Shown piece by piece: positions 1-12,177 of a stretch of DNA of 64,000 nucleotides (position 1 is its first letter; every line of letters starts with the position of its first letter). Position numbers and translations under genes: made by a program. This DNA is from Antedon mediterranea (lineage: Eukaryota > Animalia > Echinodermata), in the NCBI RefSeq assembly GCF_964355755.1, contig NC_092672.1:19233237-19297236 (forward strand), in the 5' to 3' direction. The notes below the pieces were generated by a model, which searched no databases, was not told the DNA's origin, and worked only from the letters and a program-made list of their open reading frames with translations.

Positions 1-89
1 AAGAAAATCTGCCAAAATGTTTAATTGCCTTAGGCTACAGTACGACAGTACGTGTATATGATCATTTCACTGAATTATTAATAAATAAA

Positions 90-979
90 ATATATGGAAA
101 ATGATCATACGTCATTACTAAGTCGTCTCTTTGACGCCGGCCCTATAAATGCGTGTTTTTTATAATAAAAGGTTAATCCCGGTCAGAAAAAACACGTAAC
201 ACGAAATCTACGAGTAATTCGACCCCATAGCCCGGCAGGCTTTTCGCTTAAAACAGGGTGTTGTTAATTCAACCAATTTTAAATATACCAAATACAATAG
301 AAATAATTACTTGATCGAATGTAATCAGGGAAGATAATTAGAATAAAATAAAAGAATAAAAATTGATAAGTATAAAATTATACGTTGTTGGTACTTTACC
401 TGGGCTTAATTGAATTGTAATACTAACTATACAACAGTTAAAATATTTTTTTATTAATTAATGTTCTCTTACGTAAATAAAAAAGACACATCAAACATAC
501 GTTTATAAAACTATAATACTAGATTTAAATAAATGTTAACAAATATATGCCTAATTAAACGAAGTCTACAATCAAATCAATGGTCATTTTTATTAGCACA
601 CATTTCACCGAGACCTGTATGTAAAATAAAAAAACAATTTAAATATAAAAATATTCATACGGCAAAAGCATACCACTAGTTTTACGCCGATCAAATCATT
701 ACAAGTAATTATTCAAATTGGGTACGAGTAGGCCAAATAATGGGTACGAGTAAGCCAAAAATGGGTACGGGTAAGCCAAAAAATGGGTACGAGTAAGCCA
801 AATACTTGGGTACGAGTAAGCCAAATATTTAGGTACGAGTTGACATGGGTACGGGTTGGTTTGGGTACGGGTTAGCCAAAGTGGGTACGAGTTGACCAAT
901 TATTTGGGTACGGGTTAGCCAAGTTGGGTACGAGTTGGCATGGGTACGGGTTGGTTTGGGTACGGGTTGACCAGCACCC
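90..979. mobile_element. Partial foldback-like DNA transposon end with subterminal tgggtacg(a/g)gt repeats
   Basis: About 12 repeats at 719-972; terminus ccagcaccc (rc gggtgctggtcaa, compare gggtgcaggtcaa at 25937); internal 175-230 resembles 27670-27830. Confidence 0.65.
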
Positions 980-1460
980 ATTCGGCTCCTCTCGAAGATC
1001 GAGAGAAGACGAATTGTTTATTCGGCCTACCTGATTATAATGTTATTATTAATAGGCTTATTGATGGAAATTCTTCTGTTAATTTAAACGACCTAGGCCC
1101 AAGTGAATATTTTATTGCCAAGGAATCATTAATTAGTAATTATCTGTATATTATTCTTCGCAAGGTAAGGTGTCTAGGCAGGCTTGTTTTAAATACAATA
1201 CAAATACTATAGGAGGCCTAGCCTAGCTTCACCCAACCCAGCAGACTTGTTCTTGGCTATATAATATAACAGATATTGCCTTTTATATCGGTTAAATATA
1301 AGATTTGACATCCCCTCGGGAATGATATTAAGTTCTCGGGGAATATATATTTCCCTCAGCTGGCGCTTCGGGAAATATATATTCCCTCGAACTTAATATC
1401 ATTCCCTCGGGGATGTCAAATCTTATATTTAACCTCTAAGCAGTCAATATCTGTATAATA
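980..1460. repeat. Repeat containing a ~190-bp palindrome; inverted copy at 49438-49818
   Basis: Arms ~1268-1355 / 1368-1458; 980-1310 is the near-identical reverse complement of 49490-49818. Confidence 0.85.
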
Positions 1461-3628
1461 GTATAGGGCCTAGAGGTAGGATTGAATAAAAATAATAGTT
1501 CATTTCCATCCATTTATTGGTCTTATCTTTGCAGATTTATGGAATCAACAGTACATGAGATGGCTTTGAAGAACTGTAATAGTACTACTGTAGTAATAAA
1601 ATTGTAAACATCAAATTATATGGCAGAAATAGTGTGTGGAATGAATTTTATTGAATATATGTATCATAATGAGTTTGGAACAAGCAGGATTTTTCAAACG
1701 GGACATAAATTACTTTTGAGACCTGAGTGATACATTTTAATTCTATCAACACCAGCCAGCTCCATCATATTCAAGAGATGGATTCTTTCATAAATGTCCA
1801 TTGTACATAGTATTTGGCTAAATAAATAAAAAAAGAAGTACAGTAGTGGTTTATTTGTTTACATACCCAGACCCATTTAGATGGTTAAAAACAAACACTA
1901 TATGTACTGTCTGGTAGTACATTACCATAGTTACAGTATGACTGTAACCCTAGCACTCGCGTCTAAAGAATTCTATTATGCATATTTTACTATTCTTCAT
2001 AAATATTTAGTTCTGTAATTTTAATTGTCTGCGCTCATTCTATACTTGGTGTCTTAGTATACTGCATAAATGTATCGTGCAAGCATGATCCAAGTAGCAT
2101 CTATTATAAAGTACGCTGGGCATCTTTCTATTCACCTGAAAAAAGGAAAATGAATAAGCACATGTTTATCTGCCCTCAAAACAAAATAATAATTTAGTAT
2201 AATGTATTATGTAGGTTTGATCAACAGTTTAAAATAGCAATGCTCAGTATCTGTTACCTTAATATTATAATTTCCATTCCAATCACTAAATACATTTGCT
2301 TATCCCGTCCATCAATTATCATAGTTGCACTCCAATTATAGACCTGTAGGTAGGTAAAAATACAAATGAATTGTTTATTTACTGTATACTGTACTGTATA
2401 TGATACAAGCTGAAATACCCCTAACTAGGCCTGGCCTGTTATAACCTTTATTACTACATTAGAGAAAATCCACCTCTATTCATTTTATTGGGAATCATAA
2501 TATTTAGTATTCAGTGTTGCCTAGCCTAGCTAGGTAGGCCCTAGGGCGGCCTGTAATAACAAAAAAATATTTTAATAATGCGTTAGTCAGGACACTACAG
2601 CACACAACAATATTAATAAACGTACTTATAAATAATGTGTATATACATAATACAGTAACACAATTGTGCCTACCATTAACACCCTCAACGATACATCAAG
2701 GAGCATACGCTCTCAGCTCACCTCTGGCCGGGCGACTAAACACCGTATCCAGCAGTCATCACTACTAAAAAGGCCTAGCCCCTAGGCCTAGCTAGCTCCA
2801 GGCCATGGCATTGTCAAACACCATTTACTCGTCCAACCGTTTCTTCAAAACGATGTTAACACCCGTGTTAACAAGACGATGTGGACGAATTTCCATCAAT
2901 TTCAGTTAATTACAACGAAATAATAATAAAATGAATGTTTCAATAATACGTGTATAGCGAAATAAACATCGCTCGCGAGAGGAGGGTGAGGGTCGAGAGT
3001 GAGGCCAAGGTGGTCGACTCTGTGATTCTCACGCATGCGCAAAATAACTCCGTGTACCCAGCAAGATAGGCATTTGGCTATGAATTTCGTAAAAGATGGC
3101 CTTGAAAAACGAAATTAAAATCCGTTTAAAAAAAAACATGGTTGATAATATGAATTAATTTTATTCGATTAGGCTAACATACTTATCCAAGAATAAAAAT
3201 ATCAAAGCGATAAGTAATTACTACCATGCTTTTGCATCAATCAATGATTTACTGCTAAATTCCTATCTCTGTAATACAAAAATAACTTTTAGTGACGTCA
3301 CAAAAAGTTTTTCACAGGTTTCTCAGGGGCGTTTTGAGGGCGTTGTCATCCTCCAAAACATTAAGTATGACTATGGCAAGCTTAAAACTGATTGATCTAC
3401 ACGTTGAGCCAATAAAATGATATTGCTAGGAACCCTTTCATATCCATTTTAACCCCTTGTGATTTTTCTTAAGGAAATATGCATAATGATACCGTACTAT
3501 TTCTTGGATTAAAAAGGGCTAGTAACTATTGTTTACATACATACATATCTATATCTAGTTTACCCGCGTCTAACACTGAATAACCATGTGCTTAAAATAT
3601 ATTATCATTACTAGGCCTGTTACGTTAC

Positions 3629-4763
3629 CTGTAAAACAAAAAATGCTTCAACAGACTTGACACGACTTGTTGTTTTTGATTGAAATCCGAGTTATACAAC
3701 GTCATGACTCCTTGATCTGCCACCCAATCCGATAATTCATGTGAAATAGTACGGTACTCATCCGTCGTTTGGCAATTTGCAATCTGGATAAAAAGATACT
3801 GTAATCAAATTCTTTACAAATATACAAAAATTAAATACAAATTCATCGTAAGCCTATTAGGCCTACACGTGTGATAAAAGACAATGTAGGTCTACACGTT
3901 TTGCCGCGTGTATTATAGGCCTATTAGGTTTGGGTTAAATAAGTTTATTGTGGTTTCTGTAGGCCTACGTGTTTTAAAAAATAATCAGACCGTAAATAAC
4001 AAAATTTATATTTAAAAAAATGTAAAAAAGAAATTGTATTAATTTAACTTTTGCTATTTTAATATTTATTTATTTATTTTTATTTTATGTCTTTAGGCAA
4101 TGTGGCCAAGGATTACCAATAGTGAATTAATCACTGTCCTATCAGATAGGTGGTAATCCCCCTGATACAGGGGCTATTGTGTGAACCAGTTCACCGGGGT
4201 AACCCCCTACTCTTTTTCGAATAATGAACTGGGTTCTTTAAAGTACACACAGGTTATAACTGTGTACACTGGACCTACGGTTTATAGTCCTTATCCGAGA
4301 AGACTTGTTCCACCACCAGAACTAGGAGCGAGTCGGCCTCGAACCCTTGCCGATGTTAGTAAAAGTTAAATTAATAACATTTCTTAAAAATGTTATAAAT
4401 AAAAAGTCCGTTAGGTAACGTATAGAATATTTTAACATAACAAATATTCCCATAAGTTATTTGATGCCTTGTTAGAATGGTAAACGAAAATCACTTGCCT
4501 TTGCTATCTTGCCTCGGACATCTATGTCACACACACTATTAACGTCCGAAAATCCATTTGACTTTAACCCACACATTAGCTTGAAAAGCTCTGGTTGCAA
4601 AGTTGGTAAGCCCGGACCTCCATGCAATAGACTCCATGCAACGAAACTACCAGCCATAGCATATTTGCGTTGCTCTAATAGCTCTATGTTATGGGTAAAA
4701 TTTTGTTTCCCCACTTCTCCTTCCAGCACTCCCAACTGTTCGCAAACTGCTTTCATTAGTAGT
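3629..4763 (-). pseudogene. Two exons of a G2E3-like HECT E3 ubiquitin ligase (partial)
   Basis: Exon 4763-4499 encodes (R)LLMKAVCEQLGVLEG...YAMAGSFVAWSLLHGGPGLPTL...KIAK and ends at a GC donor (AAG|gcaagt). It splices in frame to exon 3783-3629, IANCQTTDEY...QVVSSLLKHFLFY(R)|gtaacg. Flanking exons were not found. Confidence 0.7.
4095..4355 (-). mobile_element. SINE in the HECT intron (B-box plus conserved aagaaccc...gaaaaagagtaggggg core)
   Basis: Minus strand ggttcgaggcc B-box, a core resembling the Meta-type SINE central domain, and an (aaat)n tail near 4070. Confidence 0.55.
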
Positions 4764-5296
4764 CTATATAAATCAAAGTGCACAATAAGAATTATCAGAA
4801 AAGCGCAACCAGTATACATTGTTTAAAATAAATATTGCTCAAAATGTTACTGTAACAATAAAATACACACATACATACATACGTGCGTATACACTGGGCA
4901 TACGAAACCAAAGATACAAAAAAATAAAAAAGTAACCAACAACGTCCAAACCAAAAAGTATGAGGGATACGCCTTTGTCATTAACTAGATTTTTTGTCTA
5001 CAATTGCATTCCGGCCAGTACCCCAGCCAAGTGCGAAGGCTTGTTTCGCACGGTTCAACATCCGTCAGGGGGTATCTGGAACCCGCCGTATCTGGAACCC
5101 GCCCCGCCTGTTACGCCACTGTATATAGTGTTAATTATAGGGAGTTTTATAAAAAAAATTATACAAATAGCACTATAGTACATTGCAAGAATAATCACCA
5201 AGTACTAACAATATAAGACAATGTTTAGTTGAGCATGCACATAGATATCAGTAATGTGTCCAATAAAGGTCCAAACCCAACATTTCTCTTGTAGGT

Positions 5297-8105
5297 CTTT
5301 CTTTCTTTCTTTCTTTATTCTTTCTTTCTTTATTAAAAACAAACCAATTGGCAGCAAATCTGCTGAATTGCATGGTAAGGGACAATATACATTCAAAAGA
5401 CAAGTAAAGTAATAGTCATTATTAAACAAAATTATCGCAATTACAAAATATATGTAAATGTAAACATAACGTTAAAAAAAAATAGTCTTATTGCAAGGAT
5501 ATAGTATATACATTATTACTTAATTACAGTATAAAAATATAATCTTAAATTTAAGTTGCAGTATTTACATTGGTTTCTTAATTAAAGTCGACTTCAGACA
5601 AATAGATAATTACAATTATACATTTACAAAAACATTAAATACAAAATTAAATGAGAATTAAGAATAAAATGAGTCAAATTCAAGAAATTTCTACTAGGCC
5701 TATATGTCAAATTAATTAATATCTGGTTACATTATACATTTATTTTCTTTTATTATTTAATCAATACTGTTGAGGCAGCGAGTGAGAAACGGGATTGCAC
5801 TGTTTCCATATCTATTTGTCTTATTTTTGGGGACCTGGTATGTATTACTTTTCCGTAAGGCCATATTATGCGTACTCATATTTCTCGGAAACCACTCAGC
5901 ATATCTATACGCATTAGCACATTTCTTTGCAAATTCAATGCAAAGTTGGTAACGTCTCTCAGTCATGGTATGGAGTCCCAACTGCTTCAGTGATTCCGTG
6001 TATGATACGTAATCCGCACCCACGATAATGCAATAGGGTTGGTGAAATCTGTCCATAATAGGTTACTTTTCTGTCCATAATAGGGGACTTTCTGTCCATA
6101 ATAGGGACTAGAGGGCGCTGTTGTTTGTCCATAATGTTAGGCGGTTCCTTCATAAAACAAACCTGCATAGCCTTGCACTTACTGGGGTTGAGCTCGAGAC
6201 GGTTGTCCGTTGCCCAAGCATCCAGATCCTGAACATCCACTCCAATCTGGCTGGGTTGATTTGCGGGACGAACTTCTACAAGGCTGAGGTCATCAACATA
6301 CTTAAAGCTTTCAGCCAGAGACTCCTCAGAGGCATTATTGATAACTACCATGAAGATTATGGGGCCTAGCTTGGTGCCTTGTGGGACGCCACAGGAAAGC
6401 GTCTCCCACCGTGACAAGGCAGAGTGGTATTGCACTCGTTGGCGACGAGATGTAAGGAAGTTTGTTATCCATGGCAGTAACTCGCTTCTGACACCAAGCT
6501 CGAAGAGTCTCTGAATAGCTAAAGTATGATCGATACAGTCAAACGCCTTGGAAAAGTCCGTCACAATAAGGGTGCCAACATTCTTACCCTTGTCTGTACC
6601 TTTAAAAAACAAATCAAGTATTTCAATAAGATGGATGATCAGTGGATGATCCTTTTATGCCACCATATTGGTTACGATCAATTTCTTTACCTATATCTTC
6701 CATAACCCAGTTGGAAACAAATCCCTCGCATACCTTTGCAAGAATCGATGTCAAAGATATTGGTCTTAATTTAGAGATTGAGGCAGGGGTAGTCTTTGGG
6801 ATAGGGGAAATTGTGGCATCCTTCCACATTTTAGGAACAATTCCCTCTTTTAGAGATGAGTTAAATAAGTCACAAACGGGAACGCTAAACTCGCACGCGA
6901 ACTCTTTAAGAAGTCTCCCAGGGAGGCCGTCGGGTCCAGCCGCTTTCTTACTTTTCAAATTTTTCAAGTTATTGTACATTTCCCACACTTCAATCTTAGG
7001 TGGAGCATTTGCAGGTAGAAAGGTAGGTAATCGTTTTAAGTTGATTGGGGGTCTACCTTGGGTGACAGAAGCAAATTCATTACTTATAGCTTCTGCTATT
7101 GCTTTGTTATCATCTGGTTGGACTCCTGGGACAGTAATAATGGCTCGCAGTTGGCATTTGTTTGTTATTAGTTGAATACCTTTGTGCCAGCCAGACGGGT
7201 CACTTGACTTAAGATTTTGAATGCGATCTCTGTAATGGAATTTCTTTGCCTGATCTATGATTCGTATAACTTTGTTGCGCAAGAAACGCCAGAGAAACAT
7301 CTTTTTCTCAGCAAAAGCAATCTGTCGTTTTCTAATTAAGTCTTTTATCTCAGTAGAGATCCATGGTTTGTCCTGAGAATGATGTTTAATTAATTTAGTA
7401 GGGAAGTGATTGTCAATTGCATCCTGAACGGTAGTGTAAAATGCATCAGCCTTATCAGATGTAGAGGATGCATCAAGAACTTCATACCAAGGATGATTGG
7501 TTATCCATCTTCCAAACTCATAAATACAATGTTTACGTAATGGCCTAACTAATCGTTTAATTTGTTTACCCGTTTTACTACATCCGATTGGTGGCAGGTA
7601 GATGGTATTATGATCGCTTCTTCCAATCGGAGAGCATACAATAGGCTTCTTATAATAGTTCTTTAAATTAGTAATTACCAAATCTAATATGGCATCACCC
7701 CGGGTAGGCTCGTCTATAATCTGCTTCAACGAGTGAGCTCTACATAGCGGATTTATATTTAGTCTGTTAAAGTCGCCTAAAACCAGAACGCCTGCTTCTG
7801 GGTGGGCAGCTTTTAAAGTATCCAAAGATGTTATAATATGTTCAATCAACACCTCTTTAAATTCTGAGTTTGGAGGAATAATATATACTGCACAAATGAA
7901 AATTGCTGACACGACGCGTGGTAGACGATGAGGACGTACTCGAAGCCATATGCATTCCAATTCATCTGGGACAATGATGTTATTTAATGTACTTACAGGT
8001 AGGTTGTCCTTGACATAAACGGCCACTCCACCCCCACGCTTTCCACTTCTCGTCGTAGTAAAAACATTAAACCCGCTTACTGCTATATAGTCATTATCAA
8101 CCTTA
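5297..8105 (-). mobile_element. Non-LTR retrotransposon (APE endonuclease + reverse transcriptase; CR1/L2-group-like), disrupted and 5'-truncated
   Basis: ORFs 8206-6623 (RGGGVAVYV, LGDFN, SDH, KAAGPDG, RPISLT, QYG), 6612-5959 (DFSKAFD, GVPQGT, YVDD) and 6056-5757. Frame break near 6620; short repeat insert at 6042-6135; A-rich tail near 5300. Confidence 0.93.
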
Positions 8106-8659
8106 TCTGATTGGGGTGTGTAGAAAGCGACGACCTCGAATTGGACGACCCCAACGACCCGGGCGACCTCGAATTGGACGACCTCGAATTGAACGACCCA
8201 TAACACGAAACCGACGACCCCTATAATAGCCTAGCCTAGGCCTAAGTATGGTATAACCATGGAGTATAACATCCCGAAGCCGAACATAACCAAAGATCTT
8301 TAAACCATACCTTATATAATACTCGCAAGCAAGCAATTGATTGAAAAAATACAGAAATATCGCCATTTGATACTGAATGTGTCGACACGAACAAACGAAC
8401 AGATATGGAACGCCAAGAGTGCATCATTAAAACTGCATTCGACTCGATTAGCACACGAAATATCATAAACATGGCAAACCTTTTTTTTTTCAGCGGCAGG
8501 TAAGGTTTTACCATGGAGGTATCTATTTTACCTCTATGGTTTGACCAGCTCCATGGTTTGACCATGGAGGTATACAAATATTTTTATATACCTCCATGGT
8601 TTGACCGTATACAATGCATGTGCGAAATGTAAAGCTTTCTTATGGCCCTCCCCATGCAG

Positions 8660-9458
8660 GATTAGGCCAAGTTGAGCCGCCGACAAGTTGAGGCGCCGCC
8701 AGAAAAACGTTATTTTCTATGAAACGCCAAATGCTTACTTTCGCCGGTGCTCGTTACTATTTAATAGAAGTTCTATTTATATTAATTATTAGATATAACG
8801 ATGTATATTCCAAAGTTTATATATCACGGTTTTTAGTATATATTATTAAATATTGTAATTAAAGAGAAATAATTATGAATATCTGACTTGTAGATTCCAA
8901 AATATAAGGCCTAAAACATGACCGAAAATGATCGTTTTTAGCCAAAAATGACGTAAACATGTTGCCCCCTCAGGCGGCAGTTGAAGTAAAATAATTGCAT
9001 AAAATCACCGTTTTTTAGTAAAATATTTTGTGTATTAACATTGTAAAATTCAATAAAATATGATATTAAAAGATAGTAAATAAAAAATAATAATTATTTA
9101 ACCTCATTCGAAGAATATCAATACTCTATTAGTCCTGAGAGACAACGTGATTTTACGTGGTAGGCATACACGCGAGAAAAATATTATGGAGTGCACTGCA
9201 TTTTTACCTTGAAAGATTAAAAACAATTAAATTATTAAATATTACTACTTTCCTTTGCTGTTTCAAACCAACAAAATTGTAGTATGTAATCATTATTTAT
9301 TTTCATGACACAATAAACCTAAAGAGCATGAACTTATGTAGGGCCTACTAGGACACCACTCTATCACTACGCGAAATGTCATAAAAGACGCACTGGCCGT
9401 TTTTCATAGAAATTACCGGCGGCTCAACTTGTCGGCGGCCCAACCGGTCATATCCCCC
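8660..9458. mobile_element. MITE with imperfect TIRs
   Basis: ttgagccgccgacaagttgag...ttctatgaaa at left; rc tttcatagaaa...ctcaacttgtcggcggcccaa at right. Confidence 0.65.
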
Positions 9459-9550
9459 CGGGCCGCGATTTTTTTTTTCGTACATAAGTTGGGGACCCCT
9501 TCATGAAACGTCACAAAATAAACATGAATAATTCATCAGTTAAATTTTCT

Positions 9551-10538
9551 TGTTCCGTGTGCACCCAAGCGTATAGCAACAAGAAGTGATTACACAAGTG
9601 CGGTACGATTCTAGGCCATGGCAATCAGATAGGGTGTGTAGAAAGCGACAACCTCGAATTGGACGACCCCAACAACCCGGGCGCGATTTTTTTTTTCGTA
9701 CATAAGTTGGGGACCCCTCATGAAACGTCACAAAAATAAACATGAATAATTCATCAGTTAAATTTGTTGTTCCGTGTGCACCCAAGCGTATAGCAACAAG
9801 AAGTGATTACACCAGGGAGTTGTCAACTCCCTGATTACACGAACAACTGCGATATGATTCTTTCTACAGTAGGCCTAGGATTCTAGGTCAATTCACGTGA
9901 TTGCCTTCGCGCACTATTCTTCACACAAAATGTGTCGAGTCGAGGCTAATCGACAGCTAGGCAAGACATTAAACTAAGTAGTAATTCATTGGACATAGCC
10001 CAAAGAAAGCTTAGACCCACAAGAATAAAGAATGTGTATAATTTGTGTACTGTATTTTTTTAATTCTGCTATTTTATTATCAAGCAATATGCATGAACTC
10101 AAAGGAACTTTAAAATGCGCTTATATGAACACATGAGATGGGAAGATTAGACCCACGAGAATAAAAAATGTATTTTTGTGTAATGTTTAATGTTTAATTT
10201 TGCTGACTTATTACTCGGATTGTGTCATACCTAACACACACACGTCACACACACACACACACCGTACCCACACAGCTACTACTAGAATAGACATGGGTTT
10301 AGAGACTAATAATTAGGCCTATAGTATTAATAGAAACTATAATTTTAACACGTAATTCTTTAGTAATAAATTATATTAAAAACACCATAAACAAAGGCTG
10401 ATTATTTCGACAATCCACACAAAACGCTGCTATTCTTCTATGAAATCGCACGCCGCAACAACAGCGAAGATAGGCCTAGAATCGTACCGCACTTGTGTAA
10501 TCACTTCTTGTTGCTATACGCTTGGGTGCACACGGAAC
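9551..10538. mobile_element. MITE with TIR gttccgtgtgcacccaagcgtatagc; left end duplicated
   Basis: Left copies at 9552 and 9769 (direct duplication 9461-9596 / 9680-9812); inverted copy at 10472-10538. Confidence 0.7.
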
Positions 10539-10700
10539 GTGGCAGGCTGAAGGCGCTTGACCTTTGACAAGATCGCCTAAATTTTTAGTTTTTAACTTTA
10601 CAATACTTAGTGTTGTATATTCTGGTACAGCCGCTCCATGATCTCTTTGCTTTTCTTCCTTATATCTTTACTCTTTTTAAAAGTTTTACTAACGATTTTT

Positions 10701-12177
10701 ATTAGGTTATATGCATTATCATGCATATAACCTCTTGATTCTGTCAAAATCTTTATTTATTTATTTATTTATTCTTTCCTTAGCACTATTTTGTCCGTGA
10801 ATTATCTTGATATCAGTTTCATCTATTTAAGTCAATTTTTCAGAGTATATTCCTTATGGCCAGGAATCGATGTGGTTATATTTTCACGATGCGTAATCAA
10901 AAATTACGCGGTCTACGCGCGATTTTACGAAATCACGTTTGTAATCATATCTTCACAAGCATGAATCACAATTAAACAAAATTTGGTACTCATAAATTTC
11001 AGGTCATATTTCATCATATGGCAATACAATTACGTGCGTAGCGCATATAACGCTTGCGTACGCGCGCTTAAAATGTTCAAAATTGTCAAAATTTATTTTC
11101 GATGAAATTAGAGTACGTTTCAGGCAATTTTAAGCGTTTAAAAAATTGCCATGAGTGCGCAGATTTTTGCACGCGCACTGCGCGTTATACGTTAATGCGC
11201 ACTCTTTTTGTCCGATTTCGGTTGTACAACCTTTCTTTAATAATATCATCATATTTTATTCACTTTTCAACGCGTAATTGCCTTATACGAGCACGTCAAA
11301 AGTGACAGGCTACGCACGTGTAAGTTAACAAAATGGTGAAAATATGCTAAATTTTAAAATTAATATAGATCGTCAGAATGCTCGGGAACACATATTTTTT
11401 ATTTCATTTTCTTGAAGTGTATGTATCTTATGTATGATTTATTATTAAACTAAGAGAACAAAAGTTGATTAAGCCATAATTAATTGCATATTAAATTAAA
11501 AAAAATTCATTTCGACAATCAAACAAATTATGACATTTTCTTAGGCCAAAATAACAAACTTAACATTAACTTTCTTCCTCCAAAAGTTCATATATTAAAG
11601 TTAAAAGTATATAGTTTGACAGTGCATCATTTTTGTACATTTTTAGAGATGTCATCATAGTAAAAAATTATAATTCATTGCGGTATGTAATAATCTATCT
11701 GCACCAAAGTGGTTACTGCATAGTAAATACACGGAGGAATTTTTCTACAATTTTTAGACAGTTGTGTATGGCTCGGTGGTGTGTGCTCGTGTCTATGGCA
11801 CTCAAGGTACCGAGATCGAGTCTCACCTTTGGAAACGAAATAAGATTTTTTTTTTATTATTCGTATTGTTTGTTCAAATTTATTTCTTAGTGTATATATT
11901 ATACACATGATTTATAATGAAATCTAGATAAAAAATAACTTATGTCTTTATTATTATGTAACAGCAAATGTGGTTTATGACATTATACGCAGAGGGATCT
12001 TTGATCGGATTGTGATACCGGCTATTGTATTCGCGTTAGCAAGGTCCTATCATATATTATAAATAATTAAAGAATCTGAGAAAATCAATGAATCAAAATA
12101 TCTTTTAAAAATCAATTATCTTTATTAAAATCAATGCATATAACCTATAATTCGTCATAGTGACGAATTAAATCTAG
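10701..12177 (+). mobile_element. Non-autonomous Helentron/Helitron-like element
   Basis: 5' subTIR taggttatatgcat with adjacent inverted copy; 3' subTIR atgcatataaccta (12134-12147), hairpin aattcgtca-tag-tgacgaatt and CTAG end; flanked by T runs. Confidence 0.75.

Noticed and set aside
699-899. 66-aa ORF rich in YPY/LAY repeats
   Set aside because: Translation of transposon subterminal repeats.
4901-4910. tacgaaacca as the partner TIR of the IS3EU-like element
   Set aside because: Only 7 matching bases, no subterminal array and no TSD found.
6121-7175. Plus-strand ORFs 6121-6369 and 6642-7175
   Set aside because: Antisense shadows of the LINE ORF2.
8106-8222. N-terminus of the 527-aa ORF (VVQFEVV repeats)
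   Set aside because: Comes from a DNA-transposon end (gggtgtgtagaaagcgac..., also at ~9632) abutting the truncated LINE; not part of the LINE protein.
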